Part shown: piece by piece, positions 1 through 7,437 of the stretch
How positions within the stretch are numbered: position 1 is the first letter of the stretch
How the letters are laid out: every line of letters starts with the position of its first letter
Source of the DNA: Candidatus Limnocylindrales bacterium
GTDB taxonomy: Bacteria; Chloroflexota; Limnocylindria; Limnocylindrales; CSP1-4
Length of the DNA: 28,176 bases
Direction of reading: 5' to 3'
NCBI GenBank assembly: GCA_035709325.1
Contig: DASTEU010000220.1
Coordinates: forward strand, 1 to 28,176
The notes under the pieces: model-generated
What the model was told of the DNA's origin: nothing
What the model saw: the letters and a program-made list of their open reading frames with translations, nothing else
Database searches by the model: none
Position numbers and translations under genes: made by a program

Positions 1-222
1 CTGATGAAGCGTCTGATCTTCGTGCGCGACACGACGCTCTTCACCCTGCCGCAGGGCCTCAATGCGCTCCGCGCCGCGTTCAACCCGCAGACCGGCGGCC
101 AGGGCGAGTTCCACCTCCTGATGGCGGCCAGCGTGGTCGTCACGCTGCCGATGATCATCGTGTTCTTCCTCGCGCAGCGCTACTTCATCGAGGGGATCGC
201 GACGACCGGGACCAAGGGCTGA
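1..222 (+). CDS. Carbohydrate ABC transporter permease (MalG/CUT1 type), C-terminal fragment, 5'-truncated by the window
   Basis: Translation ends ...LMAASVVVTLPMIIVFFLAQRYFIEGIATTGTKG*, the typical C-terminus of CUT1 permeases. The frame is open from base 1. Confidence 0.9.
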   Translation: MMKRLIFVRDTTLFTLPQGLNALRAAFNPQTGGQGEFHLLMAASVVVTLPMIIVFFLAQRYFIEGIATTGTKG

Positions 223-258
223 CTCGTCGCGGGGGGCGCCGCGCGACGCGGTCCTGTG

Positions 259-1269
259 TCAGCCCCGCGGCGGCGCGGTGGAGCCGCGAACGAGAAGCGT
301 CGGCTGGAGGCGGACCTCGACCGGCTCGTCCGGATGGGAGCCGGCCATCCGGGCCAGCAGGAGGTCGGCCGCCTCACGCCCGATCTCGAGCGTCGGCTGG
401 GCGACCGCCGTGATGCCCGGCTGGAAGATCGACATCCACGGGATGTCGTCAAAGGCGACGAGCGAGACGTCGGCCGGGATCGACAGGCCGCGCCGCTGGA
501 GCTCGGCGACCGCGTCCTCCGCCATCAGGTTGTTCGTGGCGAAGATCGCCGTGACGTCGGGTGCCCGGTCGAGCAGCCGCCGGGCCAGGTGTTCGGCCTC
601 GGTCGGGTGGCCGCTGCCGGCTTCGGTGAGCGCCTCGTCGAACGGGATCCCGGCCTTGGCCAGGGCCGCCCGGTAGCCGGCGAGGCGCTCCGGCCCTGTG
701 GTCCAGCTCATCTCGCCAAGGAGCAGGCCGATCCGGCGGTGGCCGAGTTCGATCAGATGGCTCGTCGCCGCCTCGGCGCCGGCCGCGTTCTCGATGACGA
801 CCGCGTCGCAGTCGCCGACGGCCATCCGGCGGTCGATCTCGACGACCGGGACGCCGAGCCCGATGAGGCGCTGAGCGATCGGGGAGACCGGGGCGACGAT
901 TACGCCGGCGACCCGCGAGCCGGTGAAGAGGTTCGCGGCGGCCAGCTCCTCCTCCGCCAGCCCGTCGCTGTTGGCGAGGATGATGTGGTAGCCGTGTGAG
1001 CGGAGCCGTTGTTCGACGGCGGTCGCGACGTCCGCGTAGAACGGGTTCCGCAGGTCGGAGATCAGGACGCCGATCGCCCGGCTCGTCCGGTGTCGCAGGC
1101 TCCGGGCGACCGTGTCCGGCACGTAGCCGATTCGTTCGGCAGCGATCCGGACCCGCTCCCGGACCGGCGCTGCGACGTAGCCCGCGCCGGTCACCGCCCG
1201 CGACGCGGTCGAACGCGAGACACCCGCCTCGCGGGCCAGATCGGTGATCGTCGGGCGCCGTCCCGTCAT
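259..1269 (-). CDS. LacI-family transcriptional regulator (336 aa)
   Basis: N-terminal HTH PTITDLAREAGVSRSTASRAV, hinge YVPDTVARSL, and a periplasmic-binding-protein-like core (AIFATNNLMA, IPADVSLVAFDD, ITAVAQP). Confidence 0.96.
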   Translation of the reverse strand: MTGRRPTITDLAREAGVSRSTASRAVTGAGYVAAPVRERVRIAAERIGYVPDTVARSLRHRTSRAIGVLISDLRNPFYADVATAVEQRLRSHGYHIILANSDGLAEEELAAANLFTGSRVAGVIVAPVSPIAQRLIGLGVPVVEIDRRMAVGDCDAVVIENAAGAEAATSHLIELGHRRIGLLLGEMSWTTGPERLAGYRAALAKAGIPFDEALTEAGSGHPTEAEHLARRLLDRAPDVTAIFATNNLMAEDAVAELQRRGLSIPADVSLVAFDDIPWMSIFQPGITAVAQPTLEIGREAADLLLARMAGSHPDEPVEVRLQPTLLVRGSTAPPRG

Positions 1270-1282
1270 CGGCCCGATCGCC

Positions 1283-3085
1283 TCAGCCCGCCGTCGTCCG
1301 GGCCGGCAGGCCCTGGGCCTGCCGGTAGTCGGCCCAGGTCCGGCGGAGCATCGCGTAGTCGCGCTCCTCGAACGCCTCGCCGGTCAGGTCGAGCGCCGTC
1401 GCGTAGTAGAGCGCCGGCACGCCGAGCGTCGGCTTCACCTCCGCGTAGGCCCGCCAGCCGGCGAGATCGGGCGCGCACCAGTCGTCGGTGTCGACGAGGT
1501 GGCCGGGACACGCGGCCCGGACGACCGCCGCCCGATAACGCATCTGGGGCACGACGTCGACGCGTGGACCCGGATCGTCGAGGCGGAGCGTGTCGTTCAA
1601 TCGGATCATGTCCACGGCGGAAGCGACGAGCGAATTCGGCGTGTGTCCAACGAGCAGCGCCTCCGGCTTGATGCGACGCGCCTCGTCGGCAACCGTGTCG
1701 AGGAGGCGGCGGAGAAGATCGACCCCCCACGCCCCTCCATGATGCTCCGTCGCGACCCCGCTCGGAGTGCGTGCCGTGAAGTCGATCTTGAGCCCGTCGG
1801 CGTCGAGCTGGTCGGGGGCGAGCATCCGGCGGATCGCCCGACGAACGGCGGCCTCGCCGTCGGGATGGGTCGGGTCGATGCCGAGCGGCGTCCCGGCCGT
1901 CGAGCGGACCGAGCACTCGGCGGGCAGCCCCTCCGGATCCCAGGCCTTGTACCAGAGCAACACGTGCTGGTCGCGTTCGCGACGCCGGGCGATCCAGCCG
2001 CGGAGGTCCGGCCACCTCGTCACGTCCGGCTCGCAGGTCCCGTAGGCGCTCATCCACTTGTCGTCGACGACGATCGTGCCGGGAACGACCCCGCGGGCCT
2101 CGAGGTGCCCGAGGAAGGCGTCGTAGTTGACCATGGTCGAGTAGGTCGGGCCGGCCCCGAACGACTCCCCAGCCGCGCGGGCCATCGCGCACTGCGCACC
2201 CCAGCCACAGAAGATCGGCTCGCGCCACCAGTCCGGGCCGCGGCGGGGCTCGGCACGCGCCGGAGCTCCGGCGGGACTCCGCTCCCGCCGGACGGGACTC
2301 CGCTCGCGCTGCGCGGCGATCGCCGCGTACGGGTCGTCCGCCCGGCCGATCGCGATCCGCGGCGAGCTCCACGCGCCGGCGACCGGGGTCTTGCCTTCGT
2401 AGTCGAGGACGAAGCCGAAGCCGCGGTCCACGGCCCGGTAGCCGAACCCGGTGAAGCCGGCCTCGCCCGCCACCTCGAGCCCGAACGTCAGCCAGGGCCC
2501 GGCCGGCATGGTCGTCGGCGACGCCGGAGCCGACCGGCTGGCGGCGTAGAGGAACGGCGCCGGGGTGAAGAACCAGTTGCCGCGCCCCGGCTCGGAGCCC
2601 GACACGACACCGATCAGCGCCGACTCCGACGCCGGCTTCAGGATCCGCGCCGGATGCGTCGGCGAGGAGCAGAAGAGGGTCTCGAACCAGGCGCCGCTCA
2701 TGAGCGTTCCCGTCGTCCGGGCCAGGACGGCCCGTCCGCTGAGGATCGAGACCTCCGTCGGCCGGCCCGTGCCCTCGACCTCGGCGTGGACGACCGGCCC
2801 GGTGTCGTCCGCCTCGATGACGAGCCGTCGCGCCACCCAGCGGCTGCTCGCGAGCGTCCACGTCAGGCGAACCCGGCGCTCACCGAGCGGCTCGAACGCC
2901 GGTCCGGCCACGGCCAGCGTCTCGTCGGGACCGTCGATCGTGTCGACCGAGGTGAGCAGGCGCAGCTCGGCCCAGCGCTCGCCGGCGACGTCGTCGAGGA
3001 CCGCGACCCCGGTACCGACCACGCCCGCCAGGCGATACCAGCTGCCCGTCACCGACCAGGCGTCGCCGTGGCGCTCGACCTTCAT
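1283..3085 (-). CDS. Putative clan GH-D glycoside hydrolase (GH31/GH36-like TIM barrel), about 600 aa
   Basis: The start is reassigned to the ATG at 3085 (MKVERHG), which overlaps the upstream stop (ATGA). Barrel motifs are EPIFCGW, IVVDDKWM, DADGLKIDFTARTP (nucleophile-type K-x-D, similar to GH31 YicI DCFKTDFGERIP) and MIRLND (candidate acid/base). Confidence 0.72.
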   Translation of the reverse strand: MKVERHGDAWSVTGSWYRLAGVVGTGVAVLDDVAGERWAELRLLTSVDTIDGPDETLAVAGPAFEPLGERRVRLTWTLASSRWVARRLVIEADDTGPVVHAEVEGTGRPTEVSILSGRAVLARTTGTLMSGAWFETLFCSSPTHPARILKPASESALIGVVSGSEPGRGNWFFTPAPFLYAASRSAPASPTTMPAGPWLTFGLEVAGEAGFTGFGYRAVDRGFGFVLDYEGKTPVAGAWSSPRIAIGRADDPYAAIAAQRERSPVRRERSPAGAPARAEPRRGPDWWREPIFCGWGAQCAMARAAGESFGAGPTYSTMVNYDAFLGHLEARGVVPGTIVVDDKWMSAYGTCEPDVTRWPDLRGWIARRRERDQHVLLWYKAWDPEGLPAECSVRSTAGTPLGIDPTHPDGEAAVRRAIRRMLAPDQLDADGLKIDFTARTPSGVATEHHGGAWGVDLLRRLLDTVADEARRIKPEALLVGHTPNSLVASAVDMIRLNDTLRLDDPGPRVDVVPQMRYRAAVVRAACPGHLVDTDDWCAPDLAGWRAYAEVKPTLGVPALYYATALDLTGEAFEERDYAMLRRTWADYRQAQGLPARTTAG

Positions 3086-4890
3086 CGGACGGTCACGAGC
3101 GCCTCGGCCTGCTGGCCGAAACGGACGCCGCCGACGGTCAGGTCGGCCGCGATCCGAGCCCGCCGAACCGGCCCGTCGCCGGCCCGCAGCCGGAACGCGA
3201 GCCGGGCCTCGCCGGCCGCTGCGATCCGCTCCCGGCGGACCGCCGGTTCGGCCGCCCAGCCGGCCGGCACCACGAGGCACACGTCCGCGTCCTCGATCCG
3301 CCCGAACGGGTTGTGCACGACGACCTCGAGCGAGAGCGACGCGCCCGGCGCCACGTCCGACCGGTAGGGCTCGATCCGGGCGCCGAAGCCGCCGGCCCCG
3401 AAATCGACCGAGTCGAGCGGCAGCAGCTCGCGATGGAGTCGGGCCAGCTCGGTCCCCGCCTCGAGCAGGTGATCGAGGTAGTCGTCGGTCACCGGCCGCG
3501 GCAGCCAGTGGCCGCTGATCAACAGGTCCGGCCGCAGGCGGCGGTAGAGCTCGGCGCTGTCACGGAAGTCGTCGAACCGGAACCCGTTGCGGTACTGGTA
3601 GTTAAGCAACTCGGGCCGCTCGCCGGCCACCCATCGTCCGTCCTGCTGGTCGCCGGTCGCCACGACCCGCCGGCCGTCGACCTCGAACTCGATCGCCGCG
3701 GCGAACAGGGTGTGGCCGGGCAGCGGGTGGACCGTGATCTCGTACTCCTGCCAGCGAACGGTCTCGCCGAACGCGAGCCGCCGGTCGACCGGGATCGGGT
3801 CGTACCACAGGCACGGCAGGTCGAAGCGACGCGGCGCCTCGAGCATCGGGACCATGTTCTCCGCCGCCCAGACCTGGGTCCCCTCGACGTCGCGGAGCAG
3901 GTTGAAGCCTGCGACGTGGTCGTCGTGGTAGTGGGTCGGGATGGCCACCTCGACGCGATCGACGCCGTGATCGCGTTTGAGGGCCGGGATCGTCTCGAGC
4001 CACGGTCGTCGGGACGACCGGTCCGTCCCCGCCGGGAGGCCGGTCGTGAAGTCGTAACCGAAGTCGATCAGGAGTGCCGCACCCGAATCGGACAGCAGGG
4101 CGTACGAGTTCGAGACGCTCGTCCGGTTGCGCAGCAGATGGCGCGAGATCTCGAGATAGGGTCGGGCCCGCAGCGACGCGAGCTGCCACTCGGGGCTGCG
4201 CAGGTCGATGAGGGCCTGGAGCCGGTCGTTGAGGAGCTCGATCGCCTCGGCCGGACGATCGATCGGCTCGCCGTGGGCCGGAAGGAGCCGATCCGGCTCG
4301 CGATCGAGCAGGTCGAGCCCCGAAAGGATCGTCGAGCCGAGACCTTCGATCCCGGTGTAGGTCCACTGCGTCGCGGCGAGCGACCAGACCTTGCCGGGGG
4401 CGGCGATGAGGTCGCCGGTGAAGGCGAGCCTCCGACCGTCGGTCTCCAGGAGGTAGCTGACCGAGCCGGGCGTGTGGCCCGGGGTCGGCAGGGCGAGGAC
4501 GTCGATCCCGCCGTAGCGCTGGGTCCGGTACTCGGCGACGTGGCCGTCGACGGGCACGGACTCGAGGATCGTGAACCGGTCCTCGCGCAGGTCGTAGATG
4601 TTGTCGAGCGGCCGCATCTGCCAGTGGTCGTCGGCAGCCGCGATGAGGTCTCGCTCCGTCGGCGGCGTCCAGATGCGGATGCCGGCCTCGCGGGCCCGGG
4701 CCAGGCCCTGCGTGACGTCGCGGTGGTAGTGGGTCAGGAGGAGGTCGCTGACGCGGTCGACACCGAAGTCGGCGAGATGGTCGAGGACGTCGCCGCTGCC
4801 GAAGTCGATGAGGATCGCGCTGCGTTCGTGACGGACGAGATAGACGTTGACGGTGTCGTCGATCCTGAAGACGTTCGATTCCAGTTGCAC
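3082..4890 (-). CDS. Tandem MBL-fold metallohydrolase with a C-terminal NEW3/NPCBM-associated Ig-like domain (602 aa)
   Basis: Two MBL motif sets: THYHRDV..PGHTPG..TGD..PAHG and THYHDDH..PGHT..TGD..SGHW. The last ~100 aa (LEVVVHNP..LVVPAGW..LAFRL) resemble a NEW3 beta-sandwich. GTG start. Confidence 0.85.
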   Translation of the reverse strand: MQLESNVFRIDDTVNVYLVRHERSAILIDFGSGDVLDHLADFGVDRVSDLLLTHYHRDVTQGLARAREAGIRIWTPPTERDLIAAADDHWQMRPLDNIYDLREDRFTILESVPVDGHVAEYRTQRYGGIDVLALPTPGHTPGSVSYLLETDGRRLAFTGDLIAAPGKVWSLAATQWTYTGIEGLGSTILSGLDLLDREPDRLLPAHGEPIDRPAEAIELLNDRLQALIDLRSPEWQLASLRARPYLEISRHLLRNRTSVSNSYALLSDSGAALLIDFGYDFTTGLPAGTDRSSRRPWLETIPALKRDHGVDRVEVAIPTHYHDDHVAGFNLLRDVEGTQVWAAENMVPMLEAPRRFDLPCLWYDPIPVDRRLAFGETVRWQEYEITVHPLPGHTLFAAAIEFEVDGRRVVATGDQQDGRWVAGERPELLNYQYRNGFRFDDFRDSAELYRRLRPDLLISGHWLPRPVTDDYLDHLLEAGTELARLHRELLPLDSVDFGAGGFGARIEPYRSDVAPGASLSLEVVVHNPFGRIEDADVCLVVPAGWAAEPAVRRERIAAAGEARLAFRLRAGDGPVRRARIAADLTVGGVRFGQQAEALVTVR

Positions 4891-4898
4891 GAACGCAG

Positions 4899-4924
4899 AG
4901 TCTAGCGACCGGTTCGGGCCTAGA
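4899..4924 (-). promoter_or_regulatory. Candidate -10 box (TAGACT) and overlapping imperfect inverted repeat (possible LacI operator) upstream of the MBL operon
   Basis: TAGACT at 4904-4899 lies 8 nt before the GTG start with no Shine-Dalgarno. TCTAG-N14-CTAGA surrounds a GACCGGTTC core. No good -35 box is visible. Confidence 0.4.
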
Positions 4925-4996
4925 GCGCCGCCATACCGGCGCCGGGCGTGCCGAGGCGCCGCCGACCGACGGGTCAGGCGGCCGCGATATGCGGAT

Positions 4997-5536
4997 TCAG
5001 GCGGACCAGAAGCGCTCCCAGGCGTCGGGATCGCCGGGAATCTCGACGACCCGCCCGAGTCGCCCGCCGGAGAGCTCGAAGACGATCAGCGTGGGCTGGT
5101 CGAGGCGCTGCTCCTTGCGGACCGCCGTCGTCCGCAGGTGGGCCTGGACGACGGGCCCGCCGCTCGCCTCCAGCGCGATCAGGTGCTGGCGGAACGTGCC
5201 GCGTGACTCGCGTCCGAGGCGACGATGGTAGTCGAAGACCGCGTCGGCTCCCTCCCAGACGCCGGCCATCGGACCGCGCGCGTCGACCATCCAGCTGATC
5301 TCGTCGGACCAGGTCCGGCTGGCGCGGTCGGCCTGACCGCTCCGGTAGAGGCCGATCGAGTCCCGAACGAGCTGGACCCACGGGTCGCGCGGCCGAGCGC
5401 GCTCGATGTCGGCGCCCACGTCGAGCGGCCACCGGGCGATCGTCGGGACCGGCCCCCCGGGGTCGCCCCGCCGCCGCCGGTGGACGGTCGTTCGCCGTTC
5501 CTGGCCGCGCTCCACCACCTGTTCCCCCAGCTCCAC
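4997..5536 (-). CDS. NTF2/SnoaL-like fold protein (about 179 aa)
   Basis: The C-terminal ~125 aa (WSDEISW..GPMAGVWEGADAV..LIVFELSGGRLGRV) fit a SnoaL-like domain. The GTG at 5536 follows a strong AGGGAGG RBS by 5 nt. Confidence 0.72.
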   Translation of the reverse strand: MELGEQVVERGQERRTTVHRRRRGDPGGPVPTIARWPLDVGADIERARPRDPWVQLVRDSIGLYRSGQADRASRTWSDEISWMVDARGPMAGVWEGADAVFDYHRRLGRESRGTFRQHLIALEASGGPVVQAHLRTTAVRKEQRLDQPTLIVFELSGGRLGRVVEIPGDPDAWERFWSA

Positions 5537-5678
5537 CGTCGCCTCCCTCGCGTCCGCCGCGGTCGTCTCCAGCCATCGCCCAGCCTGCGCCAGGGCAACG
5601 GCGGCCGGCGATCCCCCGAGGCGGTGGGACGTTGCACTCTCGTTGCGGCAGCCGCGCGGCCGAAGGGGCGGCTGCCGG

Positions 5679-6503
5679 TCAGCGGGCGGAGGTGGCGGCG
5701 GCGGACCGCGATCGGTTGCAGGCATCCCGCCAGGCAAGCCACGCACGGCCGGCCTCGACCGGCCAGTCGGGCCCGCCGAAGCCGAGGGTGAACTGGGAGA
5801 AGCCCATCCCGACGTACGTTTCGGCATCCTCGGCGAGGAAGCGCTCCAGATCGTCGGGCTGGACGCCGACACCCCACTCGATCTCGGTCGGGTCCCGGCC
5901 GACCATCCCACACCAGCGGAGGAGTGCGGCGACCTTCGGCTCCAGCTCGGCCGGCCGGTCCGGGAAGAACGCGTGCCAGCCGTCGGCATGTTCGGCGACG
6001 AGGCGGAGCGTCCGCCGCTCACCGACGCCGGCGATGAGCAGCGGCGGCCGGCGGACGGGCGGCGGGTTCAGCCGGTCGAGCCGTTGCTGGAGTGCCCGGA
6101 TCGACTCACCGAGATGGGCGATCCGGGTCCCGAACGTGCCGTACTCGAATCCATACTCCTCGTAGTCGCGCCGGTTCCATCCCGCACCGAGGCCGAGGAC
6201 GAGCCGGCCGCCGCTGATCCGGTCGACGGTCCGGGCCATGTCGGCGAGCAGGTGCGGATTGCGGTACGACGTGCAGCTGACGAGCGGCCCGATCTCGACC
6301 CGGCTCGTCGCCTCGGCCCAGGCGGCGAGGACCGTCCAGCACTCGAGGTGCGGGCCGTCCGGGTCGCCGTCGAGCGGGAAGAAGTGGTCCCAGTTGTAGA
6401 CGAGGTCGTAGCCCAGCACCTCGGCGCGGATCGCCGCGTCGCGGATAGCCGGGTAGTCGCCGTGCTGGGGATGGAGCTGGGCCGCGATGCGAATGGGTCT
6501 CAT
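5679..6503 (-). CDS. LLM-class (luciferase-like) probable F420-dependent oxidoreductase, MSMEG_2906-like (274 aa)
   Basis: QLHPQH..NWDHFFPLDGDPDGPHLECWTVLAAWAEATSRVEIGPLVSCTSYRNPHLLADMARTVDRISGGRLVLGLGAGW closely matches my recollection of the MSMEG_2906 family. Confidence 0.88.
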   Translation of the reverse strand: MRPIRIAAQLHPQHGDYPAIRDAAIRAEVLGYDLVYNWDHFFPLDGDPDGPHLECWTVLAAWAEATSRVEIGPLVSCTSYRNPHLLADMARTVDRISGGRLVLGLGAGWNRRDYEEYGFEYGTFGTRIAHLGESIRALQQRLDRLNPPPVRRPPLLIAGVGERRTLRLVAEHADGWHAFFPDRPAELEPKVAALLRWCGMVGRDPTEIEWGVGVQPDDLERFLAEDAETYVGMGFSQFTLGFGGPDWPVEAGRAWLAWRDACNRSRSAAATSAR

Positions 6504-6509
6504 GCCCAG

Positions 6510-6550
6510 ATCCTGAACCTTGACCCAAGGTCAAGGTCAAGCGGTAGACT
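6510..6550. promoter_or_regulatory. Bidirectional MerR-type promoter with operator palindrome CCTTGACC-caa-GGTCAAGG (6518-6536)
   Basis: Plus strand: TTGACC(6520-25)-19 bp-TAGACT(6545-50)-7 nt-ATG. Minus strand: TTGACC(6540-35)-19 bp-CAGGAT(6515-10)-6 nt-ATG. A 19-bp spacer containing a dyad is the MerR hallmark. Confidence 0.85.
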
Positions 6551-6557
6551 CCGCGAG

Positions 6558-7433
6558 ATGTTCACGATCGGCCCCTTCGCCCGACTCGCCGGCGTCTCGC
6601 CGAAGATGCTTCGCTCGTACGACGCGCTGGGGCTGTTCCGGCCGGTCTGGCTCGACCGCACGACCGGCTATCGCTACTACTCCCCGGCCCAGCTGCCGGA
6701 GCTGCGCCGGATCGCGGCGTTGCGCGACGTCGGGATCGGACTCGCCGAGATCGGCCGACTCGTGGCCGGCGGAGGCGACCTGCGGGCCGCGCTCGAGCGC
6801 CGGCGCGCCGAGCTCGAGGTAGAGCGGGCCGAGATCGACCGGCGCCTGGCCGCGCTCGACATCCACGTCCGGCACACAGCCGGCGGGGCGTTCGACCCAG
6901 CCGCCGGGCCGTTCGACCCGGCCGCCGGGCCGTTCGACGCTGCCGGCGGCGCGGGGGACGGCTCGGGCGGCGGCCTGGACGTCGTGGTCCGCCCGATCGG
7001 GCCGGAGCTCGTCGCCAGCCGCGAGGTCGGCGAGGCCGAGGACGACGCCGACGCCTTCTCGGAGCTCGAGACCTACGTTCGCGATCGCGGTCGTCGGGCC
7101 CGCCGCCCGCCGGGCGCACTCGTGGACGAAGGGTCGATCTGGACGATCTACGTCCCGCTGAGCGGCCCGGTTCCACCGAGCGGACGGATCGACGTCCGGC
7201 GCCTGCCGGCGTGCCGCGCCGCGACGCTCCTCGTCCGCGGCCCGTACGGGGGCATCGTCGGCGCTCGGGCGACGCTCGAGGCCTGGGTTGCGGCGGCGGG
7301 TCTCCGATCGGCGGCCCCGCTCCGGATCGTCTATCTCCAGTTCGGGGCCGAGCGGGCGCTGCGGATCCCGCCCGGCTATGTCGTCGAGCGGGCCACGGAC
7401 TACGTCACGGAGCTTCAGCTGCCGGTGGCGTGA
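6558..7433 (+). CDS. MerR-family regulator with a GyrI-like effector domain (BmrR-like), 291 aa
   Basis: MFTIGPFARLAGVSPKMLRSYDALGLFRP..TGYRYY is a MerR HTH, followed by a coiled coil. The C-terminus (RRLPACRAATLLVRGPY..YVTELQLPV) is GyrI-like. Confidence 0.93.
   Translation: MFTIGPFARLAGVSPKMLRSYDALGLFRPVWLDRTTGYRYYSPAQLPELRRIAALRDVGIGLAEIGRLVAGGGDLRAALERRRAELEVERAEIDRRLAALDIHVRHTAGGAFDPAAGPFDPAAGPFDAAGGAGDGSGGGLDVVVRPIGPELVASREVGEAEDDADAFSELETYVRDRGRRARRPPGALVDEGSIWTIYVPLSGPVPPSGRIDVRRLPACRAATLLVRGPYGGIVGARATLEAWVAAAGLRSAAPLRIVYLQFGAERALRIPPGYVVERATDYVTELQLPVA
6890..6950 (+). repeat. In-frame 21-nt tandem repeat (about 3 copies) in the MerR linker, encoding (FDPAAGP)n
   Basis: GTTCGACCCAGCCGCCGGGCC / GTTCGACCCGGCCGCCGGGCC / GTTCGACGCTGCCGGCGGC. 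Confidence 0.85.
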
Positions 7434-7437
7434 CCGT

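Noticed and set aside
3086-3280. N-terminal extensions given by the ORF track for several genes (for example 3280, 6022, 8493, 9565, 11387, 16310, 17463, 21532, 24860, 26212)
   Set aside because: They overlap upstream genes or are low-complexity. Downstream starts with an RBS or stop/start coupling fit the domain boundaries better.
1244-3367. Long alternative-frame or antisense ORFs (for example 1244-3367 +, 3313-4905 +, 11216-13126 +, 13009-15165 -, 18801-21218 -)
   Set aside because: They are Arg/Pro/Gly-rich shadow ORFs expected at this GC content, overlap genes with clear family motifs, and show no recognisable domains.
3082-4890. MBL-fold gene as a metallo-beta-lactamase resistance gene
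   Set aside because: It has no signal peptide, is a tandem-domain protein with a NEW3-like tail, and sits in a sugar-catabolic context. The fold alone does not imply beta-lactamase activity.
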